A DNA stretch of 64,000 nucleotides from Candidatus Woesearchaeota archaeon (lineage in GTDB: Archaea > Nanobdellota > Nanobdellia > Woesearchaeales > GW2011-AR15). Below are positions 8,096 through 17,308 of the stretch, piece after piece. Positions within the stretch are counted from its first letter, which is position 1. Every line of letters starts with the position of its first letter. The stretch covers positions 27,751-91,750 of the forward strand of contig JAFGJW010000014.1 in assembly GCA_016928835.1 (NCBI GenBank). The letters run 5' to 3'. The notes under the pieces are model-generated. The model ran no database searches. It saw only the letters and a program-made list of their open reading frames with translations, and had not been told where the DNA came from. The position numbers were made by a program, and so were the translations under genes.

Positions 8096-10192
8096 TTATG
8101 GATGGATGTATCTAGCTATAATCGCGTTCGCTGCGGCCACAAAATCTATTTTTTCTCTAGTAACATAAGAATAAAAATTTGTTTTAACTGCATCATTTAC
8201 CTCGAAGAATTCTGAAGTGTGGCTCTGGTCCGCAAAAAACCCCTTCTTGGGATGATGGGCATATTCATGGGTTACTAATGCAACTAATGAACTAACCTCT
8301 CCAGGAGTTAATGATTTATTATTTCCTGTTCTCATCATCAATTCTTTAATTAACTCATTCCTTGTATTAAACACAACATATGCAGGTGCACAATAGGGTA
8401 ATCTAATTGTCCATGCTGCTACATCTCGATTACTGACTCCTGTCAGGACTCCAACATCCTGCAACCCATTAGCCTGTGCAATTAGTGAGGATAGGTAACA
8501 TCCAATTTCTTGTAATGCCATTCTTTCTTTTGAATATCCCAACTCTGATGCTAATCTTACCAAAGACCTAGGAACAGGAAATTGATATGGAACAGTGACT
8601 GAAGTCAGCAGGTTTCTTATTGAAAACCCTTTTTTGCCAGCATCTAACCCTCTAACAAAACATTTATATTCTTCACTTAGATATATGCCCTCAGATTCTC
8701 CCACTTCCCCAACATATAACTTACCTCTTCGATTTGCCTTTCTTATCTGGGATAGACTCACTTTCTCTTCGATAGTTTTATCTCTCTTTTTTATATGAGC
8801 TGGAATTATTTTTCGTCTCGATATTAGATATTGTGGCGCGATGCTTGTTAATAGTATTGAACATTTGTGTAAAAAATCTCTCCAACCAGATGCAATGCTT
8901 TCTCCAGCATCATTAAAGGACTCCCGACTAATAATCCTCTTAATTGTGTTAATAGTTGTGTATCCAACTGTCCCAATGCCGGCCACACCAGCTAAAACAC
9001 CTAAACCTACTAGTGCATATCCTACTACTTCTGATATAGTGGGGTTGATATTCTGACTTTGTTCGGCAAGATAAACAAGTAGGCGACCTACAGGGTATAG
9101 CGCAGCCAGACCTACCATTACTTTGGCAAATTGATGTGCCTTTTTAAAACCAAGAACTTCATTTAGCCAATATAGTTGATTCGCATTCAGGTTTTCCAAA
9201 TTACTTAGTAAGTGATTTATATAGATACGTCTGTACCTATTTTTGTTTTTTAGTACATGTTGTCTCACAAAATAGGGTATTTCATTTCTGCCTCTAGTAA
9301 GAATTATTTCTGTTGGTAAATCAATAAGAATTGCTGGGTACTCCTCACCAAACCAATTTGAACTAATATACAGGCCACGCTGAGTGTAGTTACAATGCCC
9401 TGTTACTCCTATTTCTCTACCTGCACCCATAAATACCTCAATTTCGTATTCTTTTTCTCCATCTTTTATTACTTCAACCATCTTAAAATCAAATTCATCT
9501 CTTGAATTAATCTGCTCACCATTTACAATAATTTTAGCAATCCTTGGATCAACATAACCAGCATAAGTCCACAAGGAATTTTCCATAGTTCCATAGCCTA
9601 GTTTAAAATCTTCTAAGGTTATTGTTGTCCCTCCAGCATCTGGATCTGTCTTCTGAAATTCGACCATCCTTTCCCCATTAGACCCAATATATCTTGTTCT
9701 CCAGCCATCTGACTCCACTATAACACTTTTTGAGCGTCCAAGAGCAGCTAGAAAGCCTTGACCATGACATCCAATAGTAGCACCATTATCTGATTTACTA
9801 GAGCTCCCAACTACAGACAGGTGATGTATCACTTGTTGAATAGACATGCCACCACCATTATCTCTAACAGTAGCTGAGTATATGCTCTCAAAGTCAACTT
9901 CTCCTTCTAAGTTGTAGTCTATCACAATTTCTCCTCCTTCGTCTATCTCATCAAGACTGTTCTGTATCAATTCTCTTAAAACTTCATCCCCTGGAAACTG
10001 TGCTTCAATTGTGTGCGTTAATTCTCTTTCACAAAGGGATTTATCAGAATAGGCTCCAATTTCTCTTACAATAGCATCTAATGCAAGAGGATCCTCTTCT
10101 GTGACAGCAGCAACTACACTATCCAATATGGCTCGCTGCATATATATTGGGACCATCTGCCACATTGGGATTCTTATTATTGGATGTGTCAT
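8096..10192 (-). CDS. GHKL (Bergerat-fold) ATPase, Hsp90/MORC-like, with central TM helices and a C-terminal HExxH metallopeptidase-like motif (GHKL-B)
   Basis: N-box ELIQNSLDE, G1 RDNGGGMS, G2 GCHGQGF; hydrophobic segments ~aa 350-420 (MVGLAALYPVGRLLVYLA, GYALVGLGVLAGVAGIGTVGY); C-terminal THEYAHH...SEFFE. A 1-nt gap separates it from the upstream GHKL-A gene (operon). Confidence 0.65.
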   Translation of the reverse strand: MTHPIIRIPMWQMVPIYMQRAILDSVVAAVTEEDPLALDAIVREIGAYSDKSLCERELTHTIEAQFPGDEVLRELIQNSLDEIDEGGEIVIDYNLEGEVDFESIYSATVRDNGGGMSIQQVIHHLSVVGSSSKSDNGATIGCHGQGFLAALGRSKSVIVESDGWRTRYIGSNGERMVEFQKTDPDAGGTTITLEDFKLGYGTMENSLWTYAGYVDPRIAKIIVNGEQINSRDEFDFKMVEVIKDGEKEYEIEVFMGAGREIGVTGHCNYTQRGLYISSNWFGEEYPAILIDLPTEIILTRGRNEIPYFVRQHVLKNKNRYRRIYINHLLSNLENLNANQLYWLNEVLGFKKAHQFAKVMVGLAALYPVGRLLVYLAEQSQNINPTISEVVGYALVGLGVLAGVAGIGTVGYTTINTIKRIISRESFNDAGESIASGWRDFLHKCSILLTSIAPQYLISRRKIIPAHIKKRDKTIEEKVSLSQIRKANRRGKLYVGEVGESEGIYLSEEYKCFVRGLDAGKKGFSIRNLLTSVTVPYQFPVPRSLVRLASELGYSKERMALQEIGCYLSSLIAQANGLQDVGVLTGVSNRDVAAWTIRLPYCAPAYVVFNTRNELIKELMMRTGNNKSLTPGEVSSLVALVTHEYAHHPKKGFFADQSHTSEFFEVNDAVKTNFYSYVTREKIDFVAAANAIIARYIHP

Positions 10193-10193
10193 T

Positions 10194-11807
10194 TTATAAT
10201 ATCTCCAACATAGTACGATTTTCAGCTTCTTCTATTCCATACAAACAGGTTTTTAAAAAAAAGTCCAGAGCAGATTTACGTGTAGATTCTGGCAGCTCAT
10301 CATGAAAAAATCCATGATTTTTATTTATATATAGTTCAGTTACAGGTTCACCATGATACCTAAAATTAGAAGCAAAAGGAGATACAGTATCCTGTGGACC
10401 TTCTATTAGATATACTGTAATATCAGGCGTTTCCAATTCTCTAAGACTATATTGCATTCTTTGCTCCTCTGACATATCTCTTAATTGCACTCTAGTTGCA
10501 GATTCTTTCACATCTTGAAAATCAATGACACCCAAATTAGGATTAACTAATAAGCTTTCAATTATTTCTATATGTCCGACATTATTTGGGTCAACAACAA
10601 GTGCACCTGAATAAAATCTATCTAAGTTCATATGCCTATTTCTTGAGATTATTATTGGCCTCTCTGAAGACATATCTTTATTAAAATAGACACTCAAGAG
10701 ACTACAAACTTCATCAGTTGTTCCAGTAGCAGCAACACCCAGAAAGATTCGGGAGTGTAATGCAGATCTCAATATCCTATCATATGTTGCTAGGGGCAGA
10801 TGCTCTTTTATATATTCCAAGTAAGGTAATATTGCCTGCACAAATACTTCCCTTTGTGCTTGTCTGAACCTTTTATCTTTAATAAAGGCATTTCTCCCCT
10901 CAACAAGTTGACATGATAGGGGATAATCAGTAATCATATCTAAAGCAAAACTATCATGAGTAACATACACACCACCAGACAAAGACAATTGGTCACCATA
11001 ATCCTTTTTTGGTAGACCCAAAACTACTTCAATTGTTTCTCTATCAAATGGGATACTATATGTTTGGGGTTGTCTTATTGGAATTGGATAACCAAAGTTT
11101 ATTTGCTTGCCATTACAGCTGATTATACACCTTTCAGGCGGCACATATTGAACATATTCTTCAATCAGTTTTCTACTTGATTTTACTTTACCTAAACCCA
11201 GCTTGTTTTTTATTCTGCCAAAAAAGCCATCGCGAGAACCTAATTGAATATGTATCGTTGTACCCGGCTCCCTGGTTTCATGTTTAGAATATCTTACAGT
11301 GAGTTTTCCATCCTCCATAAAATACACTGCTCGATAGTGAGTTCCATTTTGTGTATCTACAATAACTCTGCCACCTCTTTGCACAACATTCAATATTGAA
11401 TAAAAACCTACACCAAACCTACCAATTTTATCTACCTTTCCTGAGAAAAAGGGTAATGCCAAGTCATATAAAAGAGTCTCAAAGGTCATTCCAGAACCAT
11501 CATCTTTAATTATGATCTCATCTCCTCTATCCACAAATTGAATATTCTTAGAGCCTGCATCTATTGAATTAGCAATTAATTCAATCAGCTCTCTCCCAGA
11601 TCTCGTGAACTGATGAGTAATTAAGTCGTGCAATTTATTTGATACATAATCTTGGTTATAATCAAAATCAGGTATAGTGTAATCTTCTCCCTGGTCTACA
11701 GCTTTTTGTAGAGCCTCAACCGTTTGTGCAAATTTTCCTGAATTTATTGTCGCTAATGCTATGAGTCTTTCTAAAGGCACTACTATACCCTTTTTTGGCT
11801 CATTCAT
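10194..11807 (-). CDS. GHKL ATPase, Hsp90-like (GHKL-A), soluble
   Basis: N-box ELIANSIDA, G1 IKDDGSGMT, G2 IGRFGVGFYS (almost identical to the Hsp90 IGQFGVGFYS signature). Confidence 0.7.
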   Translation of the reverse strand: MNEPKKGIVVPLERLIALATINSGKFAQTVEALQKAVDQGEDYTIPDFDYNQDYVSNKLHDLITHQFTRSGRELIELIANSIDAGSKNIQFVDRGDEIIIKDDGSGMTFETLLYDLALPFFSGKVDKIGRFGVGFYSILNVVQRGGRVIVDTQNGTHYRAVYFMEDGKLTVRYSKHETREPGTTIHIQLGSRDGFFGRIKNKLGLGKVKSSRKLIEEYVQYVPPERCIISCNGKQINFGYPIPIRQPQTYSIPFDRETIEVVLGLPKKDYGDQLSLSGGVYVTHDSFALDMITDYPLSCQLVEGRNAFIKDKRFRQAQREVFVQAILPYLEYIKEHLPLATYDRILRSALHSRIFLGVAATGTTDEVCSLLSVYFNKDMSSERPIIISRNRHMNLDRFYSGALVVDPNNVGHIEIIESLLVNPNLGVIDFQDVKESATRVQLRDMSEEQRMQYSLRELETPDITVYLIEGPQDTVSPFASNFRYHGEPVTELYINKNHGFFHDELPESTRKSALDFFLKTCLYGIEEAENRTMLEIL

Positions 11808-11943
11808 TTTGAAATCCCCTGAGAAATCGATTTACTGCGTATTCAATCAAATGACTTCTATTCCTAAAAAGACCCTCTTCTAATTGTAAATCAATGTCAT
11901 TAATAGTTACATCTTCTATTGATATTGAAAGTTTCTTTTTCAT
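11800..11943 (-). CDS. ribbon-helix-helix (CopG/Arc/MetJ-like) small regulator, 47 aa; not in the ORF track
   Basis: MKKKLSISIEDVTINDIDLQLEEGLFRNRSHLIEYAVNRFLRGFQNE is a typical beta-strand + two-helix RHH. Its TGA stop overlaps the ATG of GHKL-A (ATGAATGA, 8-nt overlap). Confidence 0.55.
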   Translation of the reverse strand: MKKKLSISIEDVTINDIDLQLEEGLFRNRSHLIEYAVNRFLRGFQNE

Positions 11944-11957
11944 ACTACTTAGTAGTA
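11943..11957. promoter_or_regulatory. 7-bp inverted repeat TACTACT-T-AGTAGTA overlapping the RHH start codon; candidate RHH operator. TATATA box and ATACTACT direct repeats follow in the 282-bp divergent intergenic region.
   Basis: Palindrome read directly from the sequence; position is typical of an autoregulated RHH operator. Confidence 0.3.
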
Positions 11958-12089
11958 AAAGATACTACTATATAAATCTTACTATTTTTTATTACTGTAT
12001 AGTAATTAAACCAGAGAGATTTATCTATAAATAGTTAACTCATGTTAATAACAAAACATTTTAAATAACCCTTTTCTTTCTCTGTTCTT

Positions 12090-13610
12090 ATGAAGGGGCT
12101 TATCATCTCAGGCAAGTTCTCTGAATTAATTGTGAGGCAGAAATCTGATCAGGAAATAGAACTGGGAGAGCTATTGATCGCAGAGAACAAGAATTCAAAA
12201 ATATTGCTGCAGTGTTATGACTTAGTCTATGGAAGCCAGATTTCTCAATTAAACCTTGAGCTGGTTTCTGGGATGAAGCTAGAGGAGGAATCTAATCTAG
12301 AATTCATGGATGAGAAGTTAAGGAATTATAACCTAGCTTTGTTAAAAAATTTAATAACAATTACTCCCAATAAGGCACATTCATCAAAATCATTGCCTGG
12401 TTTTTTTTCTCATGTGAGGGAGGTTAAGAAAGATGATTTAAAGTTTATCACCAAACCAGAGAACCCATTGTTCACTGGCAAACTGAGGTCAGGATCAAAG
12501 GAATTGGATGTTGATATCTTTCTACCCGGGGATAAGGTTTTTACCCATCACGTGCTTTTAGGTGCATCCACTGGCAAAGGGAAATCTAATCTAGCTGCAA
12601 CTATGCTCTGGGATTTAATGAACAGAGACTATGCAGGAATTCTTGTTTTAGACCCGCATGATGAATACTTTGGAAGAAACAAGCTTGGCTTAAAAGACCA
12701 CCCAAATAGAAAGAATCTTGTCTATTACAGCCCTGATGCGCCTCATGGTGCCAGAACATTGAGAATCAATATTAAGCAGATAAGACCAGGCCACTTTAAT
12801 GGTGTTATTGACTGGAGCCAGGCACAGGACGAGGCATTAACTGCGTATTACAGGAAGTATAAAGAAGGCTGGATTGAAGCAGTTTTATTAGAAAAAGAAG
12901 TGCATGGTTTTATGGAAGGCACATTAGCTGTATTGAAAAGGAGATTATTGTCATTGCTGGATTTGGATGTAGCTGAGGAGAAGATTTTCTGTAATGGCAT
13001 ATTTGATTTCAATTCAGGCCGAACAACAATAGCAGACATATGCAGTGACCTGGAAAAAGGGAAGATTGTGGTTATAGATACATCAAATTTCTCTGGCAAT
13101 GTGGAAATCCTTATTGGAAGCCTTGTAACAAGTGAAATATTCTACAGGTACAAGAATTACAAATCCAAAGGTGTGCTGGATGATAAACCCACTATTTCCA
13201 TCTTTCTTGAGGAAGCTCCAAGGGTTTTGGGAAAAGAAGTGCTTGAAAAAGGCCCTAATATTTTTTCAACTATTGCCCGTGAAGGCAGAAAATTTAAAGT
13301 TGGTTTGACAGCAATAACACAGCTCCCTTCTCTAATACCCAGAGAGATACTAGCTAACATAAATACCAAGATAATTCTAGGGATAGAGATGAATGCTGAA
13401 AGGCAGGCAATAATAGAATCTGCAGCCCAGGATCTAAGCTCTGATTCAAGGGCAATTGCCAGTTTAGACAAAGGAGAAGCAATAATTACTTCGAATTTCA
13501 CAAGGTTTGCCATTCCGGTCAAGATTCCTTTGTTTAGTGAGTATGTAAAAAAAGATTTGAAAAAAGAAAAGGAAGTGCAGACTGATTTTAGTGGGATTAA
13601 ATTGAGTTAA
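12090..13610 (+). CDS. HerA/FtsK-superfamily ATPase (DUF87 HerA-like)
   Basis: Walker [12 protein letters not shown] followed by [10 protein letters not shown] (the DUF87 'iiDphGEY' motif), Walker B FLEEAPR, C-terminal [17 protein letters not shown]; N-terminal HAS-barrel-like region. Confidence 0.7.
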   Translation: MKGLIISGKFSELIVRQKSDQEIELGELLIAENKNSKILLQCYDLVYGSQISQLNLELVSGMKLEEESNLEFMDEKLRNYNLALLKNLITITPNKAHSSKSLPGFFSHVREVKKDDLKFITKPENPLFTGKLRSGSKELDVDIFLPGDKVFTHHVLLGASTGKGKSNLAATMLWDLMNRDYAGILVLDPHDEYFGRNKLGLKDHPNRKNLVYYSPDAPHGARTLRINIKQIRPGHFNGVIDWSQAQDEALTAYYRKYKEGWIEAVLLEKEVHGFMEGTLAVLKRRLLSLLDLDVAEEKIFCNGIFDFNSGRTTIADICSDLEKGKIVVIDTSNFSGNVEILIGSLVTSEIFYRYKNYKSKGVLDDKPTISIFLEEAPRVLGKEVLEKGPNIFSTIAREGRKFKVGLTAITQLPSLIPREILANINTKIILGIEMNAERQAIIESAAQDLSSDSRAIASLDKGEAIITSNFTRFAIPVKIPLFSEYVKKDLKKEKEVQTDFSGIKLS

Positions 13611-13648
13611 GCTAAAGATTTATAAGATTTGATTACATACTATAACCT

Positions 13649-14203
13649 ATGAGAGATATGTCTGACAAAAACATCCTGGACGAGTTCTGCATCAAGTTCT
13701 GCAGTATTGTAGAGAAGCACTGCAAATATATTATTGTGTCGGGTTTTGTCGCGATAAGCTCGGGCAGAGTAAGGGCAACCGAGGATATTGACATGATTAT
13801 TGAGAGATTGTCTTTTGAAAAGTATAAACAATTGCATGATGATTTAGTTAAGGCAGGGTTTGTGTGCATGCAGTCAGGCAAAGCAGAAGAGAGTTATGGA
13901 TACTTAAAGGGGAGTTTGGCTATAAGATATACTATAAAAGACAAACCACTGCCAAATATGGAGGTGAAATTCGCTAAAGATGAGCTAGATACATACCAGA
14001 TAAACACAAGAAAAAAACTGCCATTGACAGGGCTTGATGTATGGTTCAGCAGCATAAACATGAATATTGCATTTAAGGAAGAATTACTAAAATCAGATAA
14101 GGATATGAAGGATGCTGAGCATCTTAGGAAGATATACCCTGAAAAAGTTGAAGAGAATGAGATTCACAAGATTAAGAAGATGATCAAAAGGCTGAGATCA
14201 TGA
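13649..14203 (+). CDS. nucleotidyltransferase-fold (Pol-beta-like/MNT-like) protein
   Basis: SGFVAISSGRVRATEDIDMII fits the NTase-fold hG[GS]x9-13Dh[DE]h signature; lies 39 nt after the HerA-like gene. Confidence 0.4.
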   Translation: MRDMSDKNILDEFCIKFCSIVEKHCKYIIVSGFVAISSGRVRATEDIDMIIERLSFEKYKQLHDDLVKAGFVCMQSGKAEESYGYLKGSLAIRYTIKDKPLPNMEVKFAKDELDTYQINTRKKLPLTGLDVWFSSINMNIAFKEELLKSDKDMKDAEHLRKIYPEKVEENEIHKIKKMIKRLRS

Positions 14204-14406
14204 GCGAAGAGATTGACCGCTGGGTAAAGTACATGAATGAGAACCCAGATAAATGGAAGAAGCAGCATACAGAGTTCATCAATGCGCAGTTTGACAAATC
14301 ACAAAGGTTTATTCATAGACTATTAAAAGAGCCGAAGGGCAGAGAAAAAATAATCAAAGCATACCACATAAAGAATGTCAAAGGCTATAAAGGCCTCCTG
14401 GGTTAA
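14200..14406 (+). CDS. small hypothetical protein (68 aa), translationally coupled (ATGA overlap)
   Basis: ORF only; the operon context is the support. Confidence 0.3.
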   Translation: MSEEIDRWVKYMNENPDKWKKQHTEFINAQFDKSQRFIHRLLKEPKGREKIIKAYHIKNVKGYKGLLG

Positions 14407-14412
14407 AATAGT

Positions 14413-14976
14413 ATGCTAAAAAAACAAATTCGCGTACTGGGAATTGATGATTCTCCTTTTAACAAGTTTGAAGAGAAAAAAGTGTTAGTTGTTGCTGCAC
14501 TGTTTAGAGGAGGAGAATTCTTAGATGGTGTAATGTCAACTTATGTTAAGATAGACGGTCCTGATTCCACAAGTAAGCTGATTAAGATGATAAACAAGTG
14601 CAAGTTCAAGCCACAGTTACATGCTATCTTGTTAGATGGGATAGCGTTTGGCGGATTTAATATAATTGATATTGAAGAGCTGTGTCAGGAAACAAATATT
14701 CCTGTTATCGTTGTTATAAGGAATTATCCTGACTTTGACAAAATTGGAAGAGCATTAATAAAAATCAAACAGGAAGAGAAGATAGAATTATTGAAAAAAG
14801 CAGGAGAAGTCCATTCTTTTAACAAAATATTTTTCCAGGCCAAAGGTTGTCCTTTGGATAAAGCTCGGGAAATTCTAAAAGTAACAACAACTCATGCGTA
14901 TATACCAGAGCCTCTGAGAGTTGCTCACTTAATTGGTGCTGGGATAGTCTATGGTGAAAGCAGGGGAAGAGCTTAA
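14413..14976 (+). CDS. UPF0215/DUF99 family protein (archaeal; proposed EndoV/RNase H-like fold)
   Basis: N-terminal IRVLGIDDSPF is the family hallmark; expected length. Confidence 0.6.
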   Translation: MLKKQIRVLGIDDSPFNKFEEKKVLVVAALFRGGEFLDGVMSTYVKIDGPDSTSKLIKMINKCKFKPQLHAILLDGIAFGGFNIIDIEELCQETNIPVIVVIRNYPDFDKIGRALIKIKQEEKIELLKKAGEVHSFNKIFFQAKGCPLDKAREILKVTTTHAYIPEPLRVAHLIGAGIVYGESRGRA

Positions 14977-15033
14977 TTCTTACTTTAAAGTAGTTAAATA
15001 CGGAAATGTTTATAAATTAAGTGACAACCTCTT

Positions 15034-16020
15034 TTGATGAAAATGAGTGATACTAGAACACATATGCAAAATCTTGACTATTCATATTTAACAGGAGATT
15101 CTAAGATAGATGATATTCTCCAGGAAATACCAATAACTGCTATTTATCGCCTTCTTCCAAGTATACGCGCATTGAGAGAAGTTGTACACAATGGTCGTGA
15201 TCCTGTGGAATTTTATAGGGCAATTGATGATTTTTATTTTCTCCCTGATTTGCCATATATGAACGAACTATTAGAAGAGCTGGAAGAGTATGGCCAGAGG
15301 CTAGTTGAGGAGAAAAATGCTTCAGTGCCCATATACCAACCACAAAAATCAGGATCTCATAAGGAGGAACCGGGACAACGGCCTGAAGAAGATATAACTA
15401 CCAAACTATTCACCTTAGCCCCACCCAGAAGCCAGTATGAACAATTAGTGAAACCGAATCTGGCATTCTGTTTTATGGAGAGGTATAGACATACAGGAGG
15501 GATAAGTTACAAATTGTCTTATACTGTACCAGAAGGATATGCCTTTCCAGATAAGCTTTATGGCGTGCTCAGCCAAGATATATATTCATTAATGAAAAAG
15601 AGTGGCTTGTACTTTGAAGATGTTTCAATAATCGTCTATTTGCATCCTGTGCAGCAAAATGGACAATTAAATAGGTATACCGTCATAATATGGCATGAGA
15701 GTGTTGATGAGAGAATCATTGATTATACAACACGAGAATACAAAGGACTAGGTATTTGGATGGAATTAGATAGATACACTTTGGATGAAGATATTGCTGA
15801 TGCATTATTAGATGATGATGCTAAGGATATTCTTAGCAGACTCCGCAGAAATGTAAGACCCTGCGGGACGTGTGGAAAACCTATACATAAACTCGAAGAA
15901 GTTTATGTAAACCTAAATCCCCGGGATGGCGAATTAAAATATCATACTATTCAACACGGCAATAACCTTTCTACGATGACTGAAAAACTTAAACTCAAAA
16001 CAAGATTTTTTAAGGGGTAG
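15034..16020 (+). CDS. hypothetical protein with C-terminal CxxC...H (RPCGTCGKPIH) zinc-ribbon-like motif
   Basis: ORF only; no recognised domain. Confidence 0.35.
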   Translation: MMKMSDTRTHMQNLDYSYLTGDSKIDDILQEIPITAIYRLLPSIRALREVVHNGRDPVEFYRAIDDFYFLPDLPYMNELLEELEEYGQRLVEEKNASVPIYQPQKSGSHKEEPGQRPEEDITTKLFTLAPPRSQYEQLVKPNLAFCFMERYRHTGGISYKLSYTVPEGYAFPDKLYGVLSQDIYSLMKKSGLYFEDVSIIVYLHPVQQNGQLNRYTVIIWHESVDERIIDYTTREYKGLGIWMELDRYTLDEDIADALLDDDAKDILSRLRRNVRPCGTCGKPIHKLEEVYVNLNPRDGELKYHTIQHGNNLSTMTEKLKLKTRFFKG

Positions 16021-16059
16021 TCTTCCTAACTTAAATAACAATAATAATCAGAATTTGTC

Positions 16060-16233
16060 TCATTCAAACTCTTTATCTATGTCTTCTTCTTCGTCTTCTG
16101 CTTCTCCAGATTCCTGGTCATAGCCCTCCATAAATGCAGCTTCCTGCGGACTAACCTCATCGTCTTCCAGTGCTTCCTCTCTAGACTCACTTATTGAGTC
16201 ATCATACTCATCATCTTCATAGTCATCTGCCAT
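16060..16233 (-). CDS. highly acidic 57-aa protein (MADDYEDDEYDDSISESREEALEDDEVSPQEAAFMEGYDQESGEAEDEEEDIDKEFE); not in the ORF track
   Basis: Uninterrupted ATG..TGA frame read on the minus strand, 7 nt downstream of the stop of the 16241..16912 gene; >45% D/E. Confidence 0.4.
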   Translation of the reverse strand: MADDYEDDEYDDSISESREEALEDDEVSPQEAAFMEGYDQESGEAEDEEEDIDKEFE

Positions 16234-16240
16234 GATGAAA

Positions 16241-16912
16241 TTATTTTTTTTTCTTTTTTTTAAATTTTATGTTTTTAAATGACTTACAAAGGAAGACAGA
16301 TAAAAGGATAAGCAGTGATGCTTTAAGCATAATTGAATATAATATCCTTAAAGAGATATTTAAAAAAAATTCATCTGGAAACATATATTTAAGATTTGAA
16401 ATCTTTGGGTCAAAAGCATAATTTCCTGCGAAGAATATTTTATGGAATAATAAGAAGATAGTGTCAAAACCAAATAGAAGATGTAAAACAAAAAATAAAA
16501 AAAGGATAAAACAAAGTGCAATGCCTGTAGTCATGGCAATTTTTGAGCTGATGAAAAGGAATTCCTGCTCATCAAGATGATATAAAATAATAACTGTAAT
16601 TATAAGAAATAGTATTGCTGTACAGTAAATATACTTGCCTTTAAAGATGAGGTTCTTAACATCTTCAAGGTGTGCAATCTCATTAGCGCTAAAAAATTCA
16701 TTATCCAGCTTTTCTTTATTCCTAAAAAATTTAAATAAATTATTGGTAACAGCAATAGTTTTTTCCTCTCCAAATCTTTCATAGGTATTATGTTTTTCGT
16801 ATTCTTCTTGGTAAAAAGACATCTTATACATATTATTAAACAAAGAAGAAAAGAGGGTTACCAAAACAAGACAGATAGGGGCAAAAATAATCAAGTATGC
16901 TCGCAACCGCAT
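16241..16912 (-). CDS. multi-pass membrane protein, unknown function
   Basis: Several hydrophobic helices; poly-Lys C-terminus from an A-tract. Confidence 0.4.
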   Translation of the reverse strand: MRLRAYLIIFAPICLVLVTLFSSLFNNMYKMSFYQEEYEKHNTYERFGEEKTIAVTNNLFKFFRNKEKLDNEFFSANEIAHLEDVKNLIFKGKYIYCTAILFLIITVIILYHLDEQEFLFISSKIAMTTGIALCFILFLFFVLHLLFGFDTIFLLFHKIFFAGNYAFDPKISNLKYMFPDEFFLNISLRILYSIMLKASLLILLSVFLCKSFKNIKFKKKKKK

Positions 16913-16991
16913 ACAGTTATATTAGTTTTATTTAATATAAATTTATTGTTTATAGAAAGTTTATTATACTGATATTGTATTAACAAAAGAA

Positions 16992-17219
16992 ATGGATATC
17001 ATAATCGTCAGTCTGCTTGTAATGCTTGCCTATGATCTATCAATACATATAATTTATCTGTTTAGAAAAGAACAATTTTTTTTTAAAAGGAAAATTAATT
17101 ACTGGCCAGATTTTGGTCAGGGCAAGAATTTTAATAGGTTAAAATATGACCTGTTCTGGACTGTTTATTGGGGTATTGCATTTATTCTAATAATACTCTC
17201 ATTTTATCAACTACTATAG
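16992..17219 (+). CDS. small membrane protein (2 TM), hypothetical
   Basis: ORF with two hydrophobic helices. Confidence 0.25.
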   Translation: MDIIIVSLLVMLAYDLSIHIIYLFRKEQFFFKRKINYWPDFGQGKNFNRLKYDLFWTVYWGIAFILIILSFYQLL

Positions 17220-17308
17220 AAAAGGTATCTTTCCTATTTGAGTGTTTCAATAGCAGAATAAAAAATTATATAAAAGTCAATACTTAAAGATTAGTAATAG
17301 GTGGCAAA

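Noticed and set aside
8096-11807. Topoisomerase VI subunit B or MutL interpretation of the two GHKL proteins
   Set aside because: The G2 box (IGRFGVGFYS) is Hsp90/MORC-like rather than TopoVI-B/MutL-like. There is no adjacent Spo11/TopoVI-A gene and no MutL C-terminal domain. One paralog carries TM helices and HExxH.
13157-13522. 121-aa and other antisense ORFs nested inside long genes (for example 2871..3281, 20248..20757, 45155..45688, 58534..58854, 60025..60558, 60823..61341, 62266..62772)
   Set aside because: They lie entirely within, and antisense to, well-supported longer CDSs. Several are low-complexity His/Met/Ile-rich translations of the Cys/Asp-rich adhesin gene's opposite strand.
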